Source of the DNA: an uncultured delta proteobacterium
GTDB taxonomy: Bacteria; Desulfobacterota; RBG-13-43-22
Reading direction: 5' to 3'
DNA length: 64,000 bases
NCBI GenBank assembly: GCA_963843145.1
Contig: CAWJJC010000006.1
Coordinates: 32,001-96,000 of the forward strand
The position numbers were made by a program, and so were the translations under genes. This document shows positions 49,669-58,542 of the stretch, one piece after another. Within the stretch, counting starts at the first letter, position 1. Each line of letters starts with the position of its first letter. The notes beneath the pieces are model-generated. The model was not told the DNA's origin. It was given only the letters and a program-made list of their open reading frames with translations, and ran no database searches.

Positions 49669-51006
49669 ATTAAAGCGCGCATTTTAACGATTGCCGGGTC
49701 GGATTCCGGCGGAGGGGCCGGAATCCAGGCTGATTTGAAAGTAATTGCCCTGTTGGGCGGATACGGTACTTCGGTGATCACCGCCTTGACCGCCCAAAAC
49801 ACCGTGGGGGTCCAGGGGGTGTTTCCCGTTCCCGCCGCCTTTATCCGTGAACAAATGGATTCGGTTCTGTCCGATATTGGAGCGGATGCGGTCAAAACCG
49901 GTATGCTGGCTGAGGCTGAAATTATCCGTCTAGTATCTCGGGGGTTGGGCACCTACCGTCTTCAAAAAGTGGTGGTGGATCCGGTTATGGTTTCTCAGAG
50001 CGGTCACTCCCTTTTGGCCCCCGGGGCCGATCGCAGCCTGATCGAGGATTTGCTGCCCCGAGCCGGGTTGGTGACTCCCAATCTCCCGGAAGCCTCCCGG
50101 CTGGTCGGGTTTCCCATCCGGACGGCGCCTAAGATGCGTGAGGCGGCCAAACGACTTAAATCGATGACCCGAGGCGCTGTTTTAATCAAGGGCGGGCACC
50201 TGAAAGGGCCGGCCCTTGACCTATTTTATGACGGGGCCTCCTTCCAAGAATTCACGGCCCCTCGAGTAAATTCCCCCCATACCCATGGGACCGGATGTTC
50301 CTATTCGACGGCCATCGCCACCTTCTGGGCCCAAGGGCACTCCCTTCTGGAAGCCATAGAAAAAGGGAAACAGTTTATTCAGCGGGCGATCTTGACCGGA
50401 GAGCCGCTGGGCCGTGGCGAAGGGCCGACCAATCCCTATGCCTGGATTGAAGCGGAACTGGCCCGCTATCCGGTCCTGATGGCCCTGAACCGGGGGCTGG
50501 AACGGTTGAAGACTAACCGGCTGGGAAATTTAATTCCCGAGGTGCAATCCAATTTTGGGTTTGCCCTGCCTTATCCCAGGACGATTGACGAGGTAGCCGC
50601 CTTTCCGGGACGGATCTGCCGGTTTAAGGACTCTATCGCCGCGCTGGGATCCCCTGAGTTCGGGGCCTCCCGCCATGTGGCGCGAATTATTTTGACGGTG
50701 GTCGGCCATGACCCGGAATACCGTGCGGCGATGAATATCCGTTTTTCAGAAAAGATCCTTAAAAGCCTTCGGCGATCCGGGCTCCGGATGGGCGGGTTTA
50801 ATCGCCAAATGGAACCCCAAAAATTAAAAAGGCGGGAGGGTTCCTCCCTGTCCTGGGGCGTGGGCCGGGTACTGGAAGAAAAAGGGTTCGTTCCGGATTT
50901 TATCTATGACCGGGGAGACGTAGGCAAGGAGCCCATGGTCCGCGTTTTGGGAAAAGACCCGGACGAGGTGGTCGATAAGATAATTTTTATAAAGAAGAGG
51001 ATTTAG
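49669..51006 (+). CDS. thiD: Bifunctional HMP/HMP-P kinase ThiD fused to ThiN-type thiamine-phosphate synthase
   Basis: The conserved N-terminus ILTIAGSDSGGGAGIQADLK lies upstream of the track start and requires an ATT start at 49669. THGTGC; C-terminal LIPEVQSN, FGASRHVA, GKEPM. Confidence 0.88.
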   Translation: MKARILTIAGSDSGGGAGIQADLKVIALLGGYGTSVITALTAQNTVGVQGVFPVPAAFIREQMDSVLSDIGADAVKTGMLAEAEIIRLVSRGLGTYRLQKVVVDPVMVSQSGHSLLAPGADRSLIEDLLPRAGLVTPNLPEASRLVGFPIRTAPKMREAAKRLKSMTRGAVLIKGGHLKGPALDLFYDGASFQEFTAPRVNSPHTHGTGCSYSTAIATFWAQGHSLLEAIEKGKQFIQRAILTGEPLGRGEGPTNPYAWIEAELARYPVLMALNRGLERLKTNRLGNLIPEVQSNFGFALPYPRTIDEVAAFPGRICRFKDSIAALGSPEFGASRHVARIILTVVGHDPEYRAAMNIRFSEKILKSLRRSGLRMGGFNRQMEPQKLKRREGSSLSWGVGRVLEEKGFVPDFIYDRGDVGKEPMVRVLGKDPDEVVDKIIFIKKRI

Positions 51007-51094
51007 AAAACACGTCGGTTTCTAACGTCAGAAACAAATGCTAAGATGGGTTAGAGAAAGAATCAATGACCGACTCTTTGCGAGGTAGACTGTT

Positions 51095-52381
51095 ATGACC
51101 CAGTTGGATTCAGCTCGCCGTGGGGATCTTACTTCTGAAATGAAGACGGTGGCCGCCCGGGAAGGGGTGGACCCTGAAAAATTGATGGAGGGGTTGGCAC
51201 AAGGGACCATAGTCCTTCCGGCCAACACCCTCAAGAAAAAATCCCGGCCGGTGGGTATTGGGCAGGGGCTGACGATCAAGGTCAACGCCAACATCGGGAC
51301 CTCCTCGGATCATATTGATCTGGAAGAAGAGTTGACCAAGTTAAGGATTTGTGTGGAGGCCCAGGCCGATACGGTCATGGACCTGAGCACCGGCGGGGAC
51401 CTGAAGGCTATTTTGAAGGCGATTCTCCATCACTCGCCCCTGCCGGTAGGGACGGTGCCTATTTACCAGGCCGTGGTGGAAACAGTCAGCGCCCTGGGCG
51501 GAATCATCCATTTAACCGCCGATAAGATTTTTGAAGTGATCGAAGCCCAGGCCCGGGAAGGTGTGGACTTCGTCACCGTCCACTGCGGGATGACATTAAG
51601 TTCGCTGGAGCGTTTGAAAAGGCAGGGGCGGATTACGGATATCGTCAGCCGGGGCGGGGCCTTTTTGACCACCTGGATGGTCTATCACGGCCGGGAAAAT
51701 CCCCTTTACGAACAATATCCCCGGTTGCTGGAAATCGCCCGGAAATACGACCTGACCCTGAGCCTGGGCGATGCCCTGCGTCCCGGTTGTTTGGCCGATG
51801 CCACCGACCGGGCTCAGGTGGAAGAGCTGATCCTGTTGGGGGAATTGCGAAACCAGGCCCTGGAGGCCGGGGTCCAGGTCATGATCGAGGGTCCGGGGCA
51901 TGTGCCCCTGAACCAGGTGGAAACCAACATCCTGCTTCAAAAACGGTTATGCCAGGGGGCCCCGTTTTATGTCCTGGGACCTCTAGTGACCGATATCGCC
52001 GCCGGTCACGATCATATAGCCTGTGCCATCGGCGGGGCCCTGGCCGGTATGGCCGGCGCCGATTTTTTATGTTACGTCACGCCTGCGGAGCATTTGAAAC
52101 TTCCGGACCCGGAAGATGTTCGGGAAGGAATCATTGCGGCTCGCATCGCCGCCCATGCGGCGGATCTGGCTCGGGGGAATCCCCGGTCTTGGGAACGGGA
52201 TCGCCAGATGGCCTTGGCCCGCAAGGCCCTGAATTGGGAAAAACAAATGGAATTATGTCTGGACCCGGTGAAGGCCAGGAAATACCGCCAGGAAAATCCG
52301 CCCCAAGAGTCCGAGGTCTGCACCATGTGCGGCGAGTTTTGCGCCATTAAGCTGGTCCGTGATTATTTGAAACGGCCGTGA
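51095..52381 (+). CDS. thiC: Phosphomethylpyrimidine synthase ThiC
   Basis: KVNANIGTS, MDLSTGG, VSRGG, EGPGH, CYVTPAEHL, CTMCGEFC; follows thiD. Confidence 0.88.
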   Translation: MTQLDSARRGDLTSEMKTVAAREGVDPEKLMEGLAQGTIVLPANTLKKKSRPVGIGQGLTIKVNANIGTSSDHIDLEEELTKLRICVEAQADTVMDLSTGGDLKAILKAILHHSPLPVGTVPIYQAVVETVSALGGIIHLTADKIFEVIEAQAREGVDFVTVHCGMTLSSLERLKRQGRITDIVSRGGAFLTTWMVYHGRENPLYEQYPRLLEIARKYDLTLSLGDALRPGCLADATDRAQVEELILLGELRNQALEAGVQVMIEGPGHVPLNQVETNILLQKRLCQGAPFYVLGPLVTDIAAGHDHIACAIGGALAGMAGADFLCYVTPAEHLKLPDPEDVREGIIAARIAAHAADLARGNPRSWERDRQMALARKALNWEKQMELCLDPVKARKYRQENPPQESEVCTMCGEFCAIKLVRDYLKRP

Positions 52382-53391
52382 AACCCTTAGGCCCGGCCTC
52401 GGCTTCAGCCCTGGCTCCCCTTCCCCATCTCGCCCAGCAAATCGTCGCCACCCTGCTTAAACGAGAACCCGTCTCCGGGGAGGACCTGGCCGGTCTGCTG
52501 GGTGTTTCCCGGACAGCGGTCTGGAAGCATATTCGGCTCCTGAAAGAGGTCGGATTTGCAGTAGAAGCTCGAACGGGGAAAGGGTACCGGTTAACCCAAG
52601 TCCCGGACCTGTTGCTTCCGGTGCTGATCCAGGCCTTGCTGAAGACCAAAATCATGGGGCGGACCATTTATTACTTTCCGCAAATCGAGTCCACCAACAC
52701 CAAAGCCCGGGAATTAGCCGAAAAGGGAGCCCCGGAGGGCACCCTGGTGGTCGCTGAATATCAGACTCGGGGCAAGGGTCGCATGGCCCGACCCTGGGAA
52801 TCCCCGGCCGGAGAAAACCTGTTGTTCTCCCTAATCCTGCGTCCGACTTTGCCCCCCCAACAAACCTTCAACCTGATCCTGCTGGTCTCCGTGGCCCTCT
52901 GCCGGTCTATTCAAATGGAAACCAACTTGGAATTGAAAATAAAGTGGCCCAATGACCTCTATTGCCAAGAAAAAAAAATGGCTGGGATATTGGCCGAATT
53001 CGCAGCGGAGTCGGATCGTTTGAATTATGTGATCATCGGGGTAGGCTTGAACGTGAATTGGTCTCCGGCGGCCTTACCGGAGGATGCCCAACCGGCCACC
53101 AGCATTTTACTGGAATCCGGCCTTCGGGCCTCCCGGTTGGAAATTTTGGCATCGTTTCTTTCCGGGATGGAGCAGCTTTACCGGAAGGCGCAAAGAGAGG
53201 GATACCACTTTATTAAAAAGGCCTGGGAGCATTATTCGTTAATTAAGAACCGTCCGGTGAGGGTGATGAACGGAGAGGAAGCCTGGACCGGGATCGCCCA
53301 GGGGATTGATCCGCAGGGGGCCTTGCTGGTTATTTTGGATAGCGGGGAGAAAAAGCGTTTTCTAACCGGCGATGTGCATCTTAGGATCTAA
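52378..53391 (+). CDS. birA: Bifunctional biotin ligase/repressor BirA
   Basis: N-terminal HTH SRTAVWKHI; STN, QTRGKGR, KWPND, KMAGIL. Confidence 0.95.
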   Translation: MKPLGPASASALAPLPHLAQQIVATLLKREPVSGEDLAGLLGVSRTAVWKHIRLLKEVGFAVEARTGKGYRLTQVPDLLLPVLIQALLKTKIMGRTIYYFPQIESTNTKARELAEKGAPEGTLVVAEYQTRGKGRMARPWESPAGENLLFSLILRPTLPPQQTFNLILLVSVALCRSIQMETNLELKIKWPNDLYCQEKKMAGILAEFAAESDRLNYVIIGVGLNVNWSPAALPEDAQPATSILLESGLRASRLEILASFLSGMEQLYRKAQREGYHFIKKAWEHYSLIKNRPVRVMNGEEAWTGIAQGIDPQGALLVILDSGEKKRFLTGDVHLRI

Positions 53392-53409
53392 AGGTTGACA
53401 CTTTAGATC

Positions 53410-53480
53410 CCTAAATTCGAAATTCGAAGCACGAAATCCGAAACAAATTCAAATTTTCAAAATCCAGATAATCAAAACTA
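53410..53480. repeat. Second (half) copy of the CGAAAT heptamer element
   Basis: AAATTCGAAATTCGAAGCACGAAATCCGAAACAAATTCAAA nearly identical to 24020-24060. Confidence 0.75.
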
Positions 53481-53545
53481 AACCCTATAAAGCGTCATTT
53501 CTCGCAGCGCTTTTGGGCGGGAATCCAGTCTTTCAGGGTTGGATT

Positions 53546-54634
53546 TTAGTCGGCCTTTGGCGAAAGGGACAGGGGGATTTGAAAAAGGAGTTCGGTTCCC
53601 CGATCGGGTAGCGAGGAAAGCTCCATTCGTCCATTCACTAAACGGACACGTTCTTCCAGCCCTATCCGCTCCCGAGCTTCTTCGGGACCGTCCCCCGGTC
53701 GGTCCTCCTTTATTTGCCCGGTTTCAGAAATGAAGAGCTGGAGGGCATCCTCCTCCACGGTGAGCCTAACGGTAATTTGGGCGGCCTGGGTCTGGCGCAG
53801 GACTTCTTGGACCAGCCGGAAAGAGGCGATTTCTACTTCCGGGGCAAAACGCACCGACGGCGGTTCGGCGGAAAACGCTATAATACTTCCGGTCCGTTGG
53901 GACTCGTGGTCGATATGCCGGCGGAGGGCGGGAATCAATCCCAGCTCATCCAGGATCGGGGGGCGTAATTCCATTGAAAGCCGGTTAATCTGTCGCCAGA
54001 CCCGGTCAATCAATTTTATACTTTCATTTACCGGGATCGACCGGTCGACCGGGTTGGGAAGGGCCAAGGCGGCTTGGAGATTGACTTGAGCGGTGAAGAG
54101 GACTGGGCCGATTTCAACCTGCAATTCCCGGACGATCTGTTGCCTTTCCGCTTCCTGGGCTTCGATTAAGTGCCGTGATAGCAGGCGGAGCCGGTCCCGG
54201 CTGGTTCGCAGGTCTTCGGATGGCCTCTCCGCTGCCCGGGATTGGTTCTGGAATCCCTCTTCAGCCCTCCGGCCTTCAGGTATTTCCGAGATGAGGTGAA
54301 CGGCTCCGATCAACCGACCGGATTCGTCAAAGAAGGGATCGGCGCTGAGGTTTAAGGTGCGGCCATTTAAAGACAATACCAGGGTTTCTTTTCGCAGGCT
54401 TTGTCGCATGCGGCTGACCGGGCAACCGGGGATGGGTTCCAGGTTACCGTGAACCAGTTGGCAGCAGGAAAATCCCAATATTTGGTCCGCCGGTTTTTTT
54501 AGAAGGTCTACCATGGCCTGGTTATAGTTCAAAATCCGGCCTTCCAGATCCAATAGGCAAACGGCTTCAGGGAGGGAATCAAAAATACTTTGCCAGGGTT
54601 GGGAAATTGCCGTATTGTTCCGATCCATGATCAT
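53546..54634 (-). CDS. PAS-domain NarX/UhpB-like sensor with degenerate kinase motifs
   Basis: PAS with CCQLVHG...CP; H-box reads IVRELQVE (His lost; family consensus ARELHDE); LRPPILDELGL kept; N and G boxes degenerate. Own start likely ATG 54634. Confidence 0.7.
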   Translation of the reverse strand: MIMDRNNTAISQPWQSIFDSLPEAVCLLDLEGRILNYNQAMVDLLKKPADQILGFSCCQLVHGNLEPIPGCPVSRMRQSLRKETLVLSLNGRTLNLSADPFFDESGRLIGAVHLISEIPEGRRAEEGFQNQSRAAERPSEDLRTSRDRLRLLSRHLIEAQEAERQQIVRELQVEIGPVLFTAQVNLQAALALPNPVDRSIPVNESIKLIDRVWRQINRLSMELRPPILDELGLIPALRRHIDHESQRTGSIIAFSAEPPSVRFAPEVEIASFRLVQEVLRQTQAAQITVRLTVEEDALQLFISETGQIKEDRPGDGPEEARERIGLEERVRLVNGRMELSSLPDRGTELLFQIPLSLSPKAD

Positions 54635-54884
54635 TGCCTGGGTCTTCCTTGGGGGGAATAGGCCTGTAAAAGCCAACAAAGGCCTGGTTCGTACCTTCTT
54701 GAAAAGAGTACAGGTATTCTGCCATATCCTCGGGGGAGAGATCAACTCATTTTCCCGGTTTTCCCGCCTAATTCTTAAAGGGCGTTGAATGAATCTCGTG
54801 GGTATGGTATTAAACTCCCAGGCCCGGGAGGCCACCCCGAAGCAGGAACATTTGTTTTTAAGCTTAAGCATTAGCTCGTCATTC

Positions 54885-55980
54885 CGTCTCCGGGCAATCT
54901 TGACAATGGCCTTGGTCTTCTTCATCCGCCGGCAGTACTCATTAAAGGCCAGCAACAATACCGGATCCAGCCGGGCGGCCGTCCAGGCGGCTTCGATGAG
55001 TACGTCCCGTAGTTGGGCGTTTCGCCGAAAGGTCAGGCCGCCGATATGCTCGGTTTCTCCGCTGACGTGAATGTCGGGGATGAGCCCCACGTAACTGGCC
55101 AGGTGGTCCAGGTCGCTAAAGCGGGATAGGTCACAAAGCTCGGTGAGCAGGATCATGGACGCTAGCGTACTTAATCCCGGGACGGTTTTTAAGTGCTCCA
55201 CACTCTTCCGATACACGGGCTCCCGGGAAAGCAGGATGATGCCCCGGTTTACGGAGGCGATCAGTGACTTGAGCTGCTTTAGTTCTTCTAGATAGGCCTG
55301 AAAGGCCAGATGGCCGCTGGCCCGCTCCATCTGGATCTGTTCGAGCTGGTTAAGAAACTTTTGGGACCACCGACTACGAACGACTTCTTCGGGCTGATCC
55401 AGCCCGTAGAAGAACAGAAAGGACTTGATTTGATTCTTACACCGGGTTTGCTTCCGCACCAAACTTTGCCGGATTCGGACCAGGCTGCGATCTTCCAACT
55501 GGGGTCGGGTCGGAACGTAGATCCCTTTCAGTTCCCCGCTCCGCAGATGCCGGGCCAGCTTGCGGCAGTCGATCCGATCCCGTTTGGTGGTGCGCTCTTT
55601 ATTCGTCGTCGGGACATCAGCCGGATGGACCACGATACAGTTGACCCCCTTTTCCTGAAGCTGATTGTGGGTCCAGAAGCCGCTAAAACCGGCTTCATAG
55701 GCCGAATAATAGTTCGCCCCGGGAAAATTCCGTTTCAGATAATGGGCCAATTTGTCCGCTTCGGGAGGCTGGGTAAACTTTTTATGCTCGCATTGTTCCG
55801 AAAAAATGCTCACGCTCCAGTTCTTTTTATGGACATCCAGTCCCACGTAAATCGATTGACCCGAAAAATCCAATTTGTTAACCTGTTCCATAGCAAGTCT
55901 CCTTTCGGTTGTTTTTTTGTCTGGCACCAAAAGTATAACCGAAAACTCAAGACTTGCCTTTCTATTTCAACATAAGGTCG
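54885..55980 (-). mobile_element. IS110-family element, 3'-truncated, inserted in a REP-like palindrome with CG core at both junctions
   Basis: Left flank AGCTCGTCATTC-CG and right flank CG-GACAAGCGAAGCGCG reconstitute the intact palindrome at 39962 onward. Confidence 0.85.
54887..55891 (-). CDS. IS110 family transposase (DEDD recombinase), lacking C-terminus and stop codon
   Basis: YVGLDVHK, YEAG, KRDRID, TVPGL, SYVGLIP...SG, LIEAAW; ends at KIARR at the junction. RBS AAAGGAG before ATG 55891. Confidence 0.88.
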
Positions 55981-56060
55981 GACAAGCGAAGCGCGATCCG
56001 GAATCCAGGGCTGTTGAAGCCCCCCAATGCCCTGGATGCCGGACCAAGTCCGGTATGACG
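55979..56060. repeat. Right part of the REP-like palindrome interrupted by IS110
   Basis: CGGACAAGCGAAGCGCGATCCGGAATCCAG...CTGGATGCCGGACCAAGTCCGGTATGACG. Confidence 0.85.
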
Positions 56061-56113
56061 GCCAAAATCAAAGGCCCAAAAGCTGTGTTTGAATGTTATT
56101 TTCGGATTAAACT

Positions 56114-58183
56114 ATGACCGTTCTCCATCCGGCCGCGGAGCGCTACCTGAACATCCCCGGCAGCCTGATCGCCTGGGTCCTGCTGATCGTGGCCTTAATA
56201 CTGTTCTCTTTTTCATTGTACCGGCGTCTCTGTCTGCTCCGCTCCGGGCAGCCGGACCCCCGCTGGGGCGACTGGAAGGAACGGGTCTGGGGATTGCTTG
56301 TTTTTGGAATTCTCCAAAAAAGACAGCCCCGGTATTTCTGGTCCGGGTTGATCCATTTTCTTATTTTTTGGGGGTTTGTGGTCCTCGGGCTTCGTTCGCT
56401 GGATCTGATCGTGCAAGGCTTGGGAGGCGGAACCGCCCTGCCTTTTTTGAAAGGCGGATTAGGATCCTTTTACAGCAGCCTCAAGGATCTGTTCGAACTG
56501 ACTGTCCTGGGCGCCTGTATTTGGGCCATCTTTCGGCGGGTGGTAATCAGGCCTGCCCGGTACGAGCTGGAGAAAGGCCGAGGGCCTGGCTGGGAGGGCT
56601 ACCTGGTCCTGTCCCTGATTGGTTTCCTGATGCTTACGGATATGTTTTTTGAAGGGGGCACGCTCCTTTTGTCCCCCCCCGCTCCGGGCTGGCGTCCGTC
56701 GGCCGGCCTGGCCGCCTCGGTTTTGTCCGCCCTGGATGAAACCGAGATCAAAAACGTTTCCCTTCTCGCTTACTGGGCCCATTATCTGGCCTTCTTTTGC
56801 TTTTTAAATTTTCTCCCCCTGGCCAAGCACTTCCATATTATTACGGCCCTGCCCAATATCTTTCTGCGCAAGCTCAAAAAAGGGTCCCTCAAGCCGGCCC
56901 GCTGGGGGAAGGAGAACTTGGAAGAACTGGAAAGCCTGGGCGTCGGTCGTCTCGAGGATTTTACCTGGAAGCACCTCCTGGATTTATTCACCTGCACCGA
57001 ATGCGGACGCTGCTCGGACCAATGCCCGGCCAAGGCGGTGGGGCGTCCCCTTTCGCCCAAGATGATTACCCTCAAGCTCCGGGATTACGCTTACCGTAAA
57101 GTCCCGGTGTTTTCCCTCGGCCGCTCGACATCCGCTACAGAGCCAGCGGAGGATCGGAAGGAAAAAGGAGGCCCCGAAGGCGCCCTGATCGGGGAGGTGA
57201 TCACCTTCGCTGAAATCTGGTCCTGTACCACTTGCGGGGCCTGCGAAGAAGAGTGTCCGGTCTTTATCGAATACATCGATAAAATGATCGATATGCGGCG
57301 CCACCTCATTGAAACCGCCCAAAACCCCAAGACCTTTAATTCGATTCTGACTCATGTGGAAAAGACCGGCAATCCCTTCGGCAAACCGCCTAAAAAACGG
57401 GCCGATTGGATCAAGGAGATCGCGGATGTTCCGGTCAAGGTCCTGAAAAAAGGAGATGAGACGGACGTTCTTTATTTTGTGGACAGCTATGCCTCTTACG
57501 ATCCCCGGGTGCAGGCCGTAGCCCAGGCCGTCGTCCGAGGATTGAGTCTGGCCGAAGTGAACTTTGGGATCCTGGGCGCGCGGGAGAAGGACTCGGGGCA
57601 TCAGGTCCGCCGCCTGGGTGAAGAAGGGCTTTTTCAGTTGCTCCGGGAGGAGAACCTGGAAATCCTTCAATCTTGCCGGTACAAACAAATAGTCACCACG
57701 GATCCCCATGCGTTCAATACGCTAAAAAATGATTATCCGGGGAACCTGCCGGTGGGGCATTATACCCTGATTTTTCGGGATTTGCTGGCTTCCGGCCGGT
57801 TAAAGCCGAAAAAAATAATCGACGGGCAACCGCTTTACACGTATCATGACCCCTGTTACCTGGGTCGGCACAATGAGATTTATGAGGCCCCCCGGGAAAT
57901 TCTCAACCGCCTTCCGGGGTTGAAGTGGGTGGAGATGGCGCGTTGCCGGGACCGCAGCTTTTGCTGCGGGGGCGGGGACGTCAATCTCTGGCATGAAATC
58001 GAAGGGGAAACGATGCGCCCGGCGGCCAGGCGCCTGGAGATGGCCCTGGAAGCAGGGGTCGGGGGGATTGTTACGGCCTGTCCCTTCTGTTTATTGAACC
58101 TGGAGGATGCGGTCAAGACCGCGGGCCTGGAAGATGAAATGAAGGTGGTTGACCTGATGGAATTGTTGGTGTCGACTTTATAG
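56114..58183 (+). CDS. Membrane-bound FeS oxidoreductase (FadF/HdrD-like, probable ETF:quinone oxidoreductase)
   Basis: N-terminal TM helices with His residues; CTECGRC...CP, CTTCGAC...CP; HDPCYLGR, CCGGG, ACPFC; upstream of etfBA. Confidence 0.9.
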   Translation: MTVLHPAAERYLNIPGSLIAWVLLIVALILFSFSLYRRLCLLRSGQPDPRWGDWKERVWGLLVFGILQKRQPRYFWSGLIHFLIFWGFVVLGLRSLDLIVQGLGGGTALPFLKGGLGSFYSSLKDLFELTVLGACIWAIFRRVVIRPARYELEKGRGPGWEGYLVLSLIGFLMLTDMFFEGGTLLLSPPAPGWRPSAGLAASVLSALDETEIKNVSLLAYWAHYLAFFCFLNFLPLAKHFHIITALPNIFLRKLKKGSLKPARWGKENLEELESLGVGRLEDFTWKHLLDLFTCTECGRCSDQCPAKAVGRPLSPKMITLKLRDYAYRKVPVFSLGRSTSATEPAEDRKEKGGPEGALIGEVITFAEIWSCTTCGACEEECPVFIEYIDKMIDMRRHLIETAQNPKTFNSILTHVEKTGNPFGKPPKKRADWIKEIADVPVKVLKKGDETDVLYFVDSYASYDPRVQAVAQAVVRGLSLAEVNFGILGAREKDSGHQVRRLGEEGLFQLLREENLEILQSCRYKQIVTTDPHAFNTLKNDYPGNLPVGHYTLIFRDLLASGRLKPKKIIDGQPLYTYHDPCYLGRHNEIYEAPREILNRLPGLKWVEMARCRDRSFCCGGGDVNLWHEIEGETMRPAARRLEMALEAGVGGIVTACPFCLLNLEDAVKTAGLEDEMKVVDLMELLVSTL

Positions 58184-58230
58184 TTTTTTTTGGTTGTTCG
58201 CTTTTGGGCGGGTACCCAGCATAGTGGGGA

Positions 58231-58394
58231 TGGCTGCCGGGTCTCAGCAAAAGGGTTTTCCACATTGCTTTTAGGTTTTAACCCGACCCCCGTGTTTTCA
58301 AATCTTCCCGGAGTCAGGGCCACCCTGGGAGCCGTCAAAAGACTCGAAGTCCGGAGTACTTTTGGAAAACCCTTTTGCTGAGACCCGGCAGCCA
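58231..58394. mobile_element. MITE-like element with perfect 32-bp terminal inverted repeats
   Basis: TGGCTGCCGGGTCTCAGCAAAAGGGTTTTCCA (58231-58262) and its exact reverse complement (58363-58394). Confidence 0.7.
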
Positions 58395-58542
58395 CGAGGC
58401 CCGATTTCAAACTAGGCCTTCCCGCCCCCGGGAACGCCCCGAAGGATGAAAATGACTGGGAGGCAACAGCCTAAGTGAATGATATAAAAAATTAATAATC
58501 AATAGTTAATTATTAATGAATGTCTATGCAGGAGGATACCCT

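Noticed and set aside
49526-51094. TPP riboswitch before thiD or thiC
   Set aside because: No CTGAGA core or matching aptamer seen in either intergenic region.
51095-52381. ThiC paralog BzaA/B/F (benzimidazole synthesis), given cobT at the right edge
   Set aside because: It lies directly downstream of thiDN and over 11 kb from cobT; thiC is more parsimonious, though only a phylogeny would settle it.
53546-55930. 794-aa ORF as a single evolved gene
   Set aside because: It decomposes into a truncated IS110 transposase, a split repeat, non-coding-like linker and a separate PAS sensor; annotated separately.
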